Shown here in pieces: positions 17,907-27,289 of a stretch of DNA of 64,000 bases (position 1 is its first letter; each line of letters starts with the position of its first letter). A model generated the notes under the pieces. That model had not been told where the DNA came from. It ran no database searches and saw only the letters and a program-made list of their open reading frames with translations. The position numbers and the translations under genes are program-made. Source of the stretch: an uncultured bacterium (GTDB lineage Bacteria > Nitrospirota > Nitrospiria > Nitrospirales > Nitrospiraceae); assembly GCA_965233175.1 (NCBI GenBank), contig CBDDRW010000099.1, positions 1,121-65,120 on the forward strand, given 5' to 3'.

Positions 17907-18254
17907 ATGGATCACTGGGTGATTGTTAATTTGCTTGAGAATCCGTCCTTTGCCGCCCCAAAAGCTAAAATTATCTCGCTCTGCAAGAAAGGGTTTTGTG
18001 TTTTGGTTCTAAACAATTTGGTATGTGCACGATCATTAAGAGATGGCAATAAGGTTAGAGCCAAGGACCTTTGCGCTAAGATCGAAGCTCTTTCAAAACA
18101 AGTTCCCTGTCTCTGGATTAGACCCAGGACGGAATTGCAAGAAAACGAGGTAGCTGAAGCGTTCTTTAGAATTATGGTGGTGGTGTATCAGAAGGGAAAT
18201 CCTTTTCGCGATGAAGCCGTTGCCATAACACAGATGACAGGCGCATCCTACTGA
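17907..18254 (+). CDS. Hypothetical protein in an AT-rich patch
   Basis: ORF only; no motif recognised. Confidence 0.3.
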   Translation: MDHWVIVNLLENPSFAAPKAKIISLCKKGFCVLVLNNLVCARSLRDGNKVRAKDLCAKIEALSKQVPCLWIRPRTELQENEVAEAFFRIMVVVYQKGNPFRDEAVAITQMTGASY

Positions 18255-18282
18255 ACAAGACCTGGTCGATCTACAGCACGCG

Positions 18283-18468
18283 GTGGGGGTCGTCCCGTAT
18301 GTTGACGTTGCGGTTCTTGATGGTAAATTCTGGAAATATGCTTTGACCGTCAAAAAGAATTGGAAGGGCGCGGAGCCGTTGGCTAAATGCTTTGATAATG
18401 TTACCGCCGCATTGGATTGGATCGAAAAAGAAGCCGTCCTCCACACTGATCATCGCTTCCGTGTCTAA
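18283..18468 (+). CDS. Hypothetical small protein
   Basis: ORF only (GTG start); lies 29 nt after the previous ORF. Confidence 0.25.
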   Translation: MGVVPYVDVAVLDGKFWKYALTVKKNWKGAEPLAKCFDNVTAALDWIEKEAVLHTDHRFRV

Positions 18469-18655
18469 TCTCACCTCATTCCCTCTCAGTTTCCTCTGCT
18501 ACATGCAACAATGCCCTTGTTATGACAAACAAGGGATAGTCCTAGGTGTCTTTGTATAGGTGATGGCTGTACTTTCAATACATCATCACCTTACGTGTAG
18601 GCAAATAAGGGACATCGAGCAAGTGAAACGAGGATATTGAGAAGGAGGGGGCAAC

Positions 18656-19069
18656 ATGGGAAGAACATTGTGGTGTTTGCTCATCGTGGGCAGCTGTCTG
18701 GGTCTATCGGCGTGTAATACGACGAAGGCGACGATAGACAGTACCGTCAAATTCTTTTCGAGCACCAGTCCGAACTCACTGTTCACCGCCGATGGAATGG
18801 TCGAACCTAAGCAAAGGATCAATCTGTTCGCGGGAGTGACCTATGAGAATCTGCGCCAAGAAGCCGCGGCTGGGAGTGGTCAATATGTCACAGCATTGGC
18901 TGTGTTGTATGGGGTGCCTGTGGCCCAACGTGAAGACTTTGGGCGGGTCTTGCAACAACGGCATACCGAATTGTTTGCCGCCGACCTCAAGGAAGACTCC
19001 CAAGCACATCTCAAGATGGTCAGCGTCCTCAACCGCGTTCTTGCCGGCGAGGGATTGGCAAACCAATAG
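18656..19069 (+). CDS. Lipoprotein, DUF3015-like
   Basis: SD GAAGGAGGGGG. Signal peptide plus lipobox LSAC. The segment NLRQEAAAGSGQYVTALAVLYGVP resembles DUF3015 proteins; family assignment is from memory. Confidence 0.55.
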   Translation: MGRTLWCLLIVGSCLGLSACNTTKATIDSTVKFFSSTSPNSLFTADGMVEPKQRINLFAGVTYENLRQEAAAGSGQYVTALAVLYGVPVAQREDFGRVLQQRHTELFAADLKEDSQAHLKMVSVLNRVLAGEGLANQ

Positions 19070-19225
19070 ATCAATGGATGATGCATTGGCGAGGAACAAA
19101 GGATGAATGGGAACGATAGTGACGGTTCTATTTTGTGGCTGCTCGACGTCCCTCTGTAGGTCTCCTTATGGTTTTGAGAAAGTGAAAAGGCAGCGCGCAG
19201 AGTGGTCACAAAGAAAGGAAACATC

Positions 19226-19612
19226 ATGATGTCTCGTAAGACGGGATTTCTACTACTTGCTGCCGTTGCGCTGGGTTCGTTGCCTGTACTGGCCGCTGAT
19301 ATAGAGATGCAGGTCGTGGACAAGAATTGCTGGGTCGAGATCTTCGAGGATGACAACTTCGATATCAACGATCCGCATGTCAAGCTGCAGGGGCCGAAAG
19401 AGTATGCGACGTTGAAGAATCTGTCCGGCAAAGACTGGAGCAATGACATCGAAAGCGTCATTGTCGGGTCCAACGCCACGGTGGTGGCTTATGAAGATAA
19501 GGATTTCAAGGGGACGGAACTTGCCTTCGCTGCGGGCCAGCATGTCCCCAATCTCGGCAAGCTCGACATGGCGAACGATATCGAATCGATGAAGATTACC
19601 TGCGGGAAATAA
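19226..19612 (+). CDS. Secreted beta/gamma-crystallin-like domain protein
   Basis: Signal peptide MMSRKTGFLLLAAVALGSLPVLAAD. Two Greek-key-like repeats (EIFEDDNF...SNDIESVIV and VAYEDKDFKG...ANDIESMKI). Confidence 0.65.
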   Translation: MMSRKTGFLLLAAVALGSLPVLAADIEMQVVDKNCWVEIFEDDNFDINDPHVKLQGPKEYATLKNLSGKDWSNDIESVIVGSNATVVAYEDKDFKGTELAFAAGQHVPNLGKLDMANDIESMKITCGK

Positions 19613-19628
19613 GCCGGGTGGGGTGAAT

Positions 19629-19665
19629 ACCGGATGTTGTTCTCGCACGAAGAGCAGCATCCGGT
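19629..19665 (+). terminator. Stem-loop 17 nt after the stop codon (15 bp including 2 G-U pairs); no U-tract
   Basis: ACCGGATGTTGTTCT pairs with AGAGCAGCATCCGGT. Confidence 0.4.
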
Positions 19666-20076
19666 AATCGCATTCGTTGCTGAGAGCGTACATCTCGTTC
19701 AGTCTCACGACCAAGAGACACTCTGACTGCCGCCAACAGTTCAACCGAAAAATCTCATTCGCCGACAACGGAGTCGTTCAGCTCGCCTGAACTTTTCATT
19801 CCATGGTTCTCGAGGATACATCTCGACGGATGTGTCGGCATTCCCCAAATTGGCGTGCTCGTCGCGAAGAATCTGCCTGAGTATCCCGTCATTGCGAGTA
19901 ATGGAGCTGCTGGAGGATGCGAGGCTGCGGTCCCAAAACAGGAGGCGCATTCACGATGCCCGGGTCAGTGTAAGTCACGTCTGAATCGTGGGTAATTAGA
20001 CTCGGATGATGCTATGAGGTCGTCGATATGAACCCATTCTTTGCACGATTGTCTTCTGTAATCTCATCAACACAGA

Positions 20077-20376
20077 CTAGGGGCGCCAGAATGCCTCCCA
20101 ATCCTCTTGCCGAATTTGTAATGCTCGAAGCACATCGACTGGAAGACCTGTGGATACCTGAGCCTGGGCTTCATACCCTACTATTTGTTTGTGCAAAATG
20201 AACGCCATGGCTTTTAAATGCTGGAGGCTCAGCCGAACCGTGGCCACCCGTTCAATGGGCGGCGGAACGCCAGGAGCGACCGGATTGGCCCCAGAGACTT
20301 GAAAATTCAGCGTACACCCGAGCGGCCCAAGGTTGAGTTGAAATTGGTCGGCATAGACATCAGGGGTTTCAGCCAT
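20077..20376 (-). CDS. DUF3467-like small protein
   Basis: The Met at 20376 is preceded by a GGAGG SD. YADQFQLNLGPLGCTLNF... resembles DUF3467; family assignment is from memory. Confidence 0.55.
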   Translation of the reverse strand: MAETPDVYADQFQLNLGPLGCTLNFQVSGANPVAPGVPPPIERVATVRLSLQHLKAMAFILHKQIVGYEAQAQVSTGLPVDVLRALQIRQEDWEAFWRP

Positions 20377-20681
20377 ACGTCCTCCTAGAAAATTTGGTTG
20401 TTCGAGCGAAGCGATATTAGCGTTCATGATGGGATGTGGTCAATGGAGTAAACCCTGCGCCAGCACCGGCTTCCCGCCTCAATCGGCTTATCAAGCCTAC
20501 CCCCTTTTCCGCTTGAAGCGACAAGGGTTCGCCCGTAAAATGCCGCCTGCTTCTTGTCGATTCTGCGGAGAGACCATGCAGAACTTCGGACAATCACGCA
20601 TTCGGTGTTCAGACCGGCCGTCCACTCCGCCAAACAGACACGCGGGGTCCCTGCCTCAGGACATCAAGGATATGGTGGTCT

Positions 20682-23219
20682 ATGTCATCTAAAGAAAAAA
20701 AACGCGGGCAGACGAAGGAAGTCTCTAAGCCGGCAGAGCCTGCTCAAACGACCGGTACGGCTGAGGACTTTGAGAAACTCGGTGTGTTCTATCTGGGCCG
20801 GCCATACGATCTCGTCGCGAAACAGGCGAGGCCAGGCTGGCTACTCTACGATTCCAAAGACTTGGTCACGCACGCCGTCTGCGTCGGAATGACCGGCAGC
20901 GGGAAGACCGGTCTCTGCATCGGTCTGCTCGAAGAAGCGGCGATCGATGGGATTCCTGCCTTGATCATCGACCCGAAAGGCGATCTCGCCAACCTGATGC
21001 TAAGCTTTCCACAGCTTCGCGGGGAAGATTTTGCACCATGGGTCAACGAGGACGATGCCCGCAAGAAGGGTCTCTCGTCGACCGACTACGCGACCCAGCA
21101 AGCCGACATGTGGAAGAAAGGCTTGGGAGATTGGGGCCAAAGCGGCGAGCGAATTCAAAAACTCCGCGATGCGGCCGATGTGGTGGTCTACACGCCTGGC
21201 AGCAATGCAGGCATTCCTGTGTCTATCCTTAAGTCCTTTGCGGCGCCGTCGCACGAAATTCTGGGCGATCCTGAGATGTTGCGCGAGCGGATCAGCACGA
21301 CGGTCACGAGTCTGTTGGGTCTCATCGGCGTCGAGGCCGACCCGATCAAAAGCCGCGAACACATTCTGCTCTCGACGATTCTCGGCCATGCATGGAAGGC
21401 AGGACAGGATCTGGATCTCGCTACATTGATCCAGCAGATCCAGACGCCGCCAGTTTCCAAGATTGGGGTGTTGGGTCTGGATTCGTTCTATCCCTCAAAG
21501 GAACGCTTTGCTCTCGCCATGCAGCTGAATAACTTATTAGCCTCACCGGGATTTTCTGCCTGGTTGGAAGGTGACGCGCTCGACGTGGATCAGATGCTCC
21601 ATTCGCCTGGAGGCAAGCCGCGGCTCGCCATTTTTTCGATCGCACATCTCAACGATGCAGAACGCATGTTTTTTGTCACATTGCTGCTAAGCCAAACGCT
21701 TGGCTGGGTGCGGGCACAGTCCGGAACGACCAGCCTCCGTGCCATCCTCTATATGGACGAAATCTTCGGCTATTTCCCACCCGTTGCCAATCCGCCGTCG
21801 AAGCAACCCTTGCTTACGTTGTTGAAGCAGGCCCGCGCGTTCGGTCTAGGCGTAGTGTTGGCGACACAGAATCCCGTTGATCTGGACTACAAAGGCTTGG
21901 CCAATACCGGTACCTGGTTCATTGGACGCCTGCAAACTGAACGAGATAAGGCGCGCGTATTGGAAGGATTAGAGGGTGCCGCCGCAAGTAGCGGAAAAAA
22001 GTTCGATAAACAGGCGATGGAACAGACTCTGGCCGGTTTAGGCAATCGTGTGTTTCTCTTGAACAATGTGCATGAAGATGCACCGGAAATCTTTCAGACA
22101 CGATGGACTCTCTCATACCTTCGAGGACCCCTCACGCGGACGCAGATCAAGACCCTCATGGATCCCGTGAAGCGTGAAACGTTAAATGTAAAACGTGAAA
22201 CGTCTGACACCTTTCGCTCAGCACTCAGCACTCAGCACTCAGTTCTCAGCACTCAGTTCTCAGCACTCCAAGCTCGTCCCATGCTCCCACCCGATGTGCC
22301 GCAGCATTTTACCCCTGTACGAGGGAGACAACCGAATGGCAGCACGTTGGTCTACCAGCCGATGTTGCTCGGTGCGGCACAGGTACGCGTATCAGACAGC
22401 AAGGCCGGCGTCGATGTAACGCAAAATGTGGCGGTGCTTGCACCGATCTCGGATGGTGCGGTGGCGGTAGACTGGGGTCAGGCCATGGAAGCGGGCTTGG
22501 ACGTGGCTGATCTGGAGTCGGTGCCCGCAGATAGTGCGCAGTTCGGTGCAATTCCCAGTGCAGCAAGCAAAACAAAAAGCTATGAGACGTGGCGCAAGGA
22601 TTTTACCGGCTGGTTGTTTCGAAATCAGAAAGTCGATCTCTTCAAAAGCCCCAGTACAAAAGAAGTCTCCTTGCCCGGTGAATCTGAGCGAGACTTCCGT
22701 GTGCGGCTGCAGCAATCCGGCCGTGAAGCACGGGACAAACAATCGGATAGCCTGCGTCAAAAATACGCACCGAAGATTGCCGCCCTGCAAGATCGGATCA
22801 GGCGCGCAGGACACATGGTCGAACGGCAACAAGCAGAATCTCGTTCCAGTCAAATGCAAGCGGCGATTTCTGTGGGCGCCTCAATTCTCGGTGCGTTTCT
22901 GGGAAGAAAAACGATCAGCGCGACGAACATCGGCCGCGCGGCTACTGCGATTCGTGGGGCAGGACGTGCGATCAAAGAATCGAAGGATGTGGGGCAAGCT
23001 GAAGAGAATGTCTCAGCGCTCCAGCAGCAACTGGCCGACCTCGAATCTCAGTTTAAGATGGAGACCGATGCCCTCGCTGCCGCAACCGATCCCCTCACCG
23101 AGACATTCGACACCGTCTCTCTCAAACCCACCAAGGCCAACATCGCCGTGAAACTCGTCGCCCTTGCCTGGACACCTCATTGGCAGGACGGGAGGGGTGT
23201 GCTGACACCGGCTTGGTAA
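20682..23219 (+). CDS. HerA/FtsK-superfamily (DUF87/DUF853-like) P-loop ATPase with a long C-terminal extension
   Basis: Walker A GMTGSGKTG followed by IIDPKGDL; Walker B ILYMDEIFGYF; LATQNPVDLDYK. C-terminal coiled-coil-like region. Confidence 0.85.
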   Translation: MSSKEKKRGQTKEVSKPAEPAQTTGTAEDFEKLGVFYLGRPYDLVAKQARPGWLLYDSKDLVTHAVCVGMTGSGKTGLCIGLLEEAAIDGIPALIIDPKGDLANLMLSFPQLRGEDFAPWVNEDDARKKGLSSTDYATQQADMWKKGLGDWGQSGERIQKLRDAADVVVYTPGSNAGIPVSILKSFAAPSHEILGDPEMLRERISTTVTSLLGLIGVEADPIKSREHILLSTILGHAWKAGQDLDLATLIQQIQTPPVSKIGVLGLDSFYPSKERFALAMQLNNLLASPGFSAWLEGDALDVDQMLHSPGGKPRLAIFSIAHLNDAERMFFVTLLLSQTLGWVRAQSGTTSLRAILYMDEIFGYFPPVANPPSKQPLLTLLKQARAFGLGVVLATQNPVDLDYKGLANTGTWFIGRLQTERDKARVLEGLEGAAASSGKKFDKQAMEQTLAGLGNRVFLLNNVHEDAPEIFQTRWTLSYLRGPLTRTQIKTLMDPVKRETLNVKRETSDTFRSALSTQHSVLSTQFSALQARPMLPPDVPQHFTPVRGRQPNGSTLVYQPMLLGAAQVRVSDSKAGVDVTQNVAVLAPISDGAVAVDWGQAMEAGLDVADLESVPADSAQFGAIPSAASKTKSYETWRKDFTGWLFRNQKVDLFKSPSTKEVSLPGESERDFRVRLQQSGREARDKQSDSLRQKYAPKIAALQDRIRRAGHMVERQQAESRSSQMQAAISVGASILGAFLGRKTISATNIGRAATAIRGAGRAIKESKDVGQAEENVSALQQQLADLESQFKMETDALAAATDPLTETFDTVSLKPTKANIAVKLVALAWTPHWQDGRGVLTPAW

Positions 23220-23266
23220 TAGACCGCCGACCCGTTTGAACCCGATACATTCTCGTAACCCTTGTA

Positions 23267-23830
23267 TCAGTGCTTGCGATCTTTCTGCATGATTTTATCG
23301 GTCCATGCGAGGAGGATCGCCGAACCAAGGAATGTCATGTGGATGAAGATCTTCCACTTGATATGTTCAGGGTCTTCATGCTCGATGTCAACGAAGGATT
23401 TGAGCAAATGAATGCTTGAGATGCCGATCAGGGAGGCCGCAAGTTTAATCTTGATGGTGCCGGGATCGATGTGGGTCAACCATTCAGGTCGATCGGCATG
23501 CCCATCTAAATCCAGTTTACTGACAAAGGTGGCGTAGCCGCCGATGATCACCATCGTAAGCAAGTTCGCCACCATTGTGACATCGATCAACCCCAGGACG
23601 CCCAGCATGAACACGGTCTCCTGCTGCTGGTTGATGTGCCGGATCATCTCCCACAATTCAATGAGAAACTTGTACGCGTACAGCAGTTCGGCCACGATGA
23701 GGCCGCCATACAGTGGCGCTTGAATCCACCGGCTGGCAAACACGATGGTCTCAAACAGATACTCGACGCGGTTCATGGGAGCATGTGGGTGCTTCACGGC
23801 AGGGGATTCTGACGATGAGGAATGAGTCAC
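23267..23830 (-). CDS. yqhA: UPF0114 (YqhA) family membrane protein
   Basis: FETIVFASRWIQAPLYGGLIVAELLY matches the family signature. An alternative start is the Met at 23776. Confidence 0.78.
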   Translation of the reverse strand: MTHSSSSESPAVKHPHAPMNRVEYLFETIVFASRWIQAPLYGGLIVAELLYAYKFLIELWEMIRHINQQQETVFMLGVLGLIDVTMVANLLTMVIIGGYATFVSKLDLDGHADRPEWLTHIDPGTIKIKLAASLIGISSIHLLKSFVDIEHEDPEHIKWKIFIHMTFLGSAILLAWTDKIMQKDRKH

Positions 23831-23925
23831 GGGGCGCTATCCTAGTTGGCGAGAGAGGGAGCTGTCAATGCGAATGACTGCGCTGAGGTCATGAGAGTTG
23901 TCGCTGCAACGCAGTAGAACGTTGA

Positions 23926-24336
23926 TCAATCAGCCAGCGTGGCAAAGGGGGATGCCGCCGGTTCGACCTGGCTAGGTGGGGCACACAGAAGATGAAGCGT
24001 CTGGATGATCTTTTGACCCTCCGTGGCCTTCTCTAGATAGAAATTGGCTCCGGCAAGAGAGCAGGCCGCCTGGTCGTCGCGCGAAGGGTCATCCGTGACG
24101 ATAATGATGATCGGCGGGATCATCAATCGTTTGATATGTCGAAGTACCTCGATGCCGCGGCCGTCTCGAAGGACCGCGTTCATGATGGCAATATCCGGTT
24201 TGCGATTCAGAATCATGGCGGTGGTTTCTTCTGAGCCGGACGATTCTCCTACTACCTGCAAATCGGCGATCTTTTCAAGTCGCTTCTTCAGTTTTTCACG
24301 AAAATAGACATCTGTGTCGGCTAGAACAATAGTCAT
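23926..24336 (-). CDS. Stand-alone receiver domain with Asn in place of the phospho-acceptor Asp
   Basis: CheY fold motifs are present (ADTD acidic pocket, VT, LEK), but beta-3 reads PDIAIMN rather than ...D. Confidence 0.78.
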   Translation of the reverse strand: MTIVLADTDVYFREKLKKRLEKIADLQVVGESSGSEETTAMILNRKPDIAIMNAVLRDGRGIEVLRHIKRLMIPPIIIIVTDDPSRDDQAACSLAGANFYLEKATEGQKIIQTLHLLCAPPSQVEPAASPFATLAD

Positions 24337-24490
24337 ATATTTTTACCAGTGAATGATACGACTCTCTCGGATGCTATAGGAAAATTCCCGATGCTGCGCT
24401 GATCATGCGGCACGTGCGAACGGTTCAGACCTGCACCGCTATTCCCCGTAACCCACAGACTCTGTGTGTGCAAGCAAGCCATTGTTGTGG

Positions 24491-25138
24491 TCACTCAACT
24501 AAGCGATGGTCGAGGGCATAGCGGATCAGTTCGGCGGTAGTCGTGAGCTGAAGTTTATCCAGGAGCCGAGCGCGATAAGTGCTCACCGTCTTAATACTCA
24601 GAGCGAGGGACTCGGCGATGTGCCGGACGGACTGGCCCTGGGCTAACAAGATAAAGACTTCGAATTCTCGTTCAGACAAGGTGTGATGGCCGGGGCGAGT
24701 GGGATGCTTGGTCAGACTGCCAGCCATGTACTCGCCCAGGGAGGGGGTCACATACATGCGGCCGGCCAGAACCTGCGTGACGGCTCGGGCCAATTCGTCC
24801 GGTACGGTCTGCTTGGAGAGATAGGCCATGGCGCCGGCGCGAAAGGCCCGCACGGCGTATTGCTCTTCAGTGTGCAGACTCAAGACCATCAATGGAAGAT
24901 CAGGGGCGAGGCTGTGTAACTCGCAGAGCAGTTCCAACCCACTCTGATCCGGCAGGCTAATGTCCACAATGGCCAGATCCCACGTCTCCTGCTGCACCGC
25001 CGCAATCCCCTTCTGCCCGGTATCCGCTTCCCCGATCTCGACGTGCGAGAGGGCTTTCTCCAGAATCTGCTTTACACCCAGGCGCACCACCTCATGATCA
25101 TCGATGAGAAGGATTTTCACCACCTGCGTCCCAATCAT
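24491..25138 (-). CDS. NarL/FixJ-family response regulator
   Basis: REC domain (LLIDDH, DLAIVDISLPD) plus LuxR-type HTH (LSEREFEVFILLAQGQSVRHIAESL). Confidence 0.92.
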   Translation of the reverse strand: MIGTQVVKILLIDDHEVVRLGVKQILEKALSHVEIGEADTGQKGIAAVQQETWDLAIVDISLPDQSGLELLCELHSLAPDLPLMVLSLHTEEQYAVRAFRAGAMAYLSKQTVPDELARAVTQVLAGRMYVTPSLGEYMAGSLTKHPTRPGHHTLSEREFEVFILLAQGQSVRHIAESLALSIKTVSTYRARLLDKLQLTTTAELIRYALDHRLVE

Positions 25139-26331
25139 GAGACGAATCCCTCAGCAACAGGTACCGAGGCGCAAGCCGTGGTGCCACCCCCAGGCTTGCC
25201 CACGATCGAAAAATGGCCCCCGAGGAGGGTGGCCCGTTCTTGCATGCCGCGCAGCCCACAGGAGTTCGACGTGGACAGATTCTCCATGGTAAGACCCTTC
25301 CCGTTATCCGTCACGACTAAGGTCACCTGCCCGGCGTCCTGAGACAGCTGAATGTGCACCTGCGAGGCGGCCGCGTGCCGCGTCACATTCGTGAGCAATT
25401 CCTGCGTGGTGCGAAATAACGCCTCCGCCACATCGGCGGGCAGCACGGTGGAAGCCACCGCCGGGGCCACGTCGATCGTACAGCGGGTCCCGGTGCGCTG
25501 CTGAAACGTCGCCCCCAGGCACTCCAACGCCGGGACCAATCCGAGATCGTCCAACATAGCAGGCCGCAGCGCCGCCGCAGTCTCCCGCACGGCTCCCAAC
25601 AGGGCATCGACCGATCTCGACATCATCTGAACTTTGCGCACAAGCTCCGCAATGGCAGAGGGCATCAACGCGGGCGTGAGGGTCACGCCACACCACGCCA
25701 AATCAAATTTCAAGCCGGTCAAGGCCTGTCCAAACTCATCGTGCAACTCCCGGGCAATTCTGCGCCGTTCCTCTTCCACCGCGCTCTGCACCCGGCGAGC
25801 CTCGCTCCGAACTTGAGCCTGCACAGGCCGGGGTGCCTCTTCCTGCACGGTCTCGGAGACGACGACGGTTCCGATCGCCATGAGTCCCAATATGTTCCCG
25901 TACTGCCCCACCACCTGTGTCATATTCCAGGAGAGCCTCGTCTGAAAGCCTGTGCGCCCCATGAGGGGAAACTCACATCCTCTCACCTCGCCCCCGTCGG
26001 TTACGCGTGCGAGTGCAGCCAGAAATGCCGCTCGCGCCTCAACCGGGACATACCGATCCACATAGCGGACCCCCAGCACTTCGTGCGCGCTCCAGCCGGA
26101 GATGATTTCCGCCGCACGATTCCACCCCAGAATGATGGATTCGGGCGAGAGCAGGAGGATCGCACCGCTGGAGGCATCTAGGAGGGTGCGATAGCTCGCG
26201 TCCAGCAGCTCCCCGAGGTTCGGAGGCAGCGATGGGACATGGACGGTCTTGAGTCTCCCGTTCGGCCTCACGCCGCGACTGCGCGCATAAGGCGAGGCGA
26301 CCGTGACAAAGCGAGGTCGTGGATGTTTCAT
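25135..26331 (-). CDS. PAS-containing HisKA_3 sensor histidine kinase
   Basis: H-box ARELHDEFGQALTGL; HATPase N and G boxes. 4-nt overlaps with both neighbouring genes. Confidence 0.88.
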   Translation of the reverse strand: MKHPRPRFVTVASPYARSRGVRPNGRLKTVHVPSLPPNLGELLDASYRTLLDASSGAILLLSPESIILGWNRAAEIISGWSAHEVLGVRYVDRYVPVEARAAFLAALARVTDGGEVRGCEFPLMGRTGFQTRLSWNMTQVVGQYGNILGLMAIGTVVVSETVQEEAPRPVQAQVRSEARRVQSAVEEERRRIARELHDEFGQALTGLKFDLAWCGVTLTPALMPSAIAELVRKVQMMSRSVDALLGAVRETAAALRPAMLDDLGLVPALECLGATFQQRTGTRCTIDVAPAVASTVLPADVAEALFRTTQELLTNVTRHAAASQVHIQLSQDAGQVTLVVTDNGKGLTMENLSTSNSCGLRGMQERATLLGGHFSIVGKPGGGTTACASVPVAEGFVS

Positions 26332-27239
26332 ACGGGTGTAAGGATCGGTTCAAGGTAAATATACGCCGTGATACACGTGCCTCGCCCCACGGTGGATTGG
26401 ACGTTTAAGCGGCCCCCGATTTTGCGCATCCCGTCCTCCATCCGTGCGAATCCTGCTCCCTTTTTCGCTTCAAGGCCGACGTCGAATCCGGCTCCGTCAT
26501 CGCGAATGCTCAGTTGGACGCGGGAACCAAGGTGCCGGAGGGCGATCACGATACGCGTGGCCTGAGCGTGACGCACACTGTTGCTCAGAGCATCTCGTGT
26601 GATCATGACGAGTTCACGGGCCTCTTCCCCGGTCAGAATCTCCTCTGCCGTCGGGTCGATCCCGATACGAATCTGTACATCACTCACTTCCTCAATGGCC
26701 TGGACGAGAGCGTGTAATTCGGAAACCAGCCCAAAAGACTCCACCGGATCGGCCTCCACACTCAGAATCATCCGCTGGATGTCTTGAATAAGCCTATTCA
26801 GTTGGCCGGCCGCCTGATTATGAGCGCCGAACCCAGACACTGGGCCTGCAGGATGTAATTCAGAGTGCTGTTCAAGGGTCAACCTAATCGCGTAGAGGGC
26901 TTGCAGCACAGAATCGTGCAATTCTCGTCCAATGCGACCGCGGTCGTGAAGCAAGGCGCTCAATCGTTGCTCAGATGCCTTGAGACCGGAGATGAGGCTG
27001 CTTCCAACCTCTTCTCTCAATAATAGGCAAGCAGCAGACTCACCTTCGTCAGAGGACATTCCCTGCGCATACATTGTGCGCGGGGTCACCCGTGTGCCGA
27101 TACCGTGCCGAAATCCGTCCATAATCCGTAACCCTCTTCGGTCTTTCATTGTCTGAATTTCCCTTATTAGCAACACCCCAATGACCTGAGCATCTTCAGC
27201 CTTCGTTCTCATACATAGCCCTGCAGCTTGGAATCGCAT
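26328..27239 (-). CDS. Soluble HisKA_3 histidine kinase without a recognisable sensor domain
   Basis: H-box GRELHDSVLQALYAI; HATPase (NSVRHA, DDGAGF, GGRLNVQS). Confidence 0.8.
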   Translation of the reverse strand: MRFQAAGLCMRTKAEDAQVIGVLLIREIQTMKDRRGLRIMDGFRHGIGTRVTPRTMYAQGMSSDEGESAACLLLREEVGSSLISGLKASEQRLSALLHDRGRIGRELHDSVLQALYAIRLTLEQHSELHPAGPVSGFGAHNQAAGQLNRLIQDIQRMILSVEADPVESFGLVSELHALVQAIEEVSDVQIRIGIDPTAEEILTGEEARELVMITRDALSNSVRHAQATRIVIALRHLGSRVQLSIRDDGAGFDVGLEAKKGAGFARMEDGMRKIGGRLNVQSTVGRGTCITAYIYLEPILTPV

Positions 27240-27267
27240 TACTTATACGTAACACCACGCATTTCGT

Positions 27268-27289
27268 CACCTGGCGGATCCGCCAGGTG
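27268..27289. promoter_or_regulatory. lux-box-like 22-bp perfect palindrome upstream of luxI
   Basis: CACCTGGCGGATCCGCCAGGTG. The core ACCTGGCGGATCCGCCAGGT matches the V. fischeri lux box ACCTGTAGGATCGTACAGGT at 15/20 positions. Confidence 0.6.

Noticed and set aside
19741-19950. 69-aa minus-strand ORF in the 460-bp gap after the crystallin-like gene
   Set aside because: It has no SD, an Arg-rich tail and no motif. The evidence is insufficient to call it a gene.
22218-22266. Tandem repeats, together with 3938-3965, considered as possible CRISPR or mini-array
   Set aside because: The units are 7 and 14 nt with no spacers, and no cas genes are present in the window. This is not a CRISPR array.
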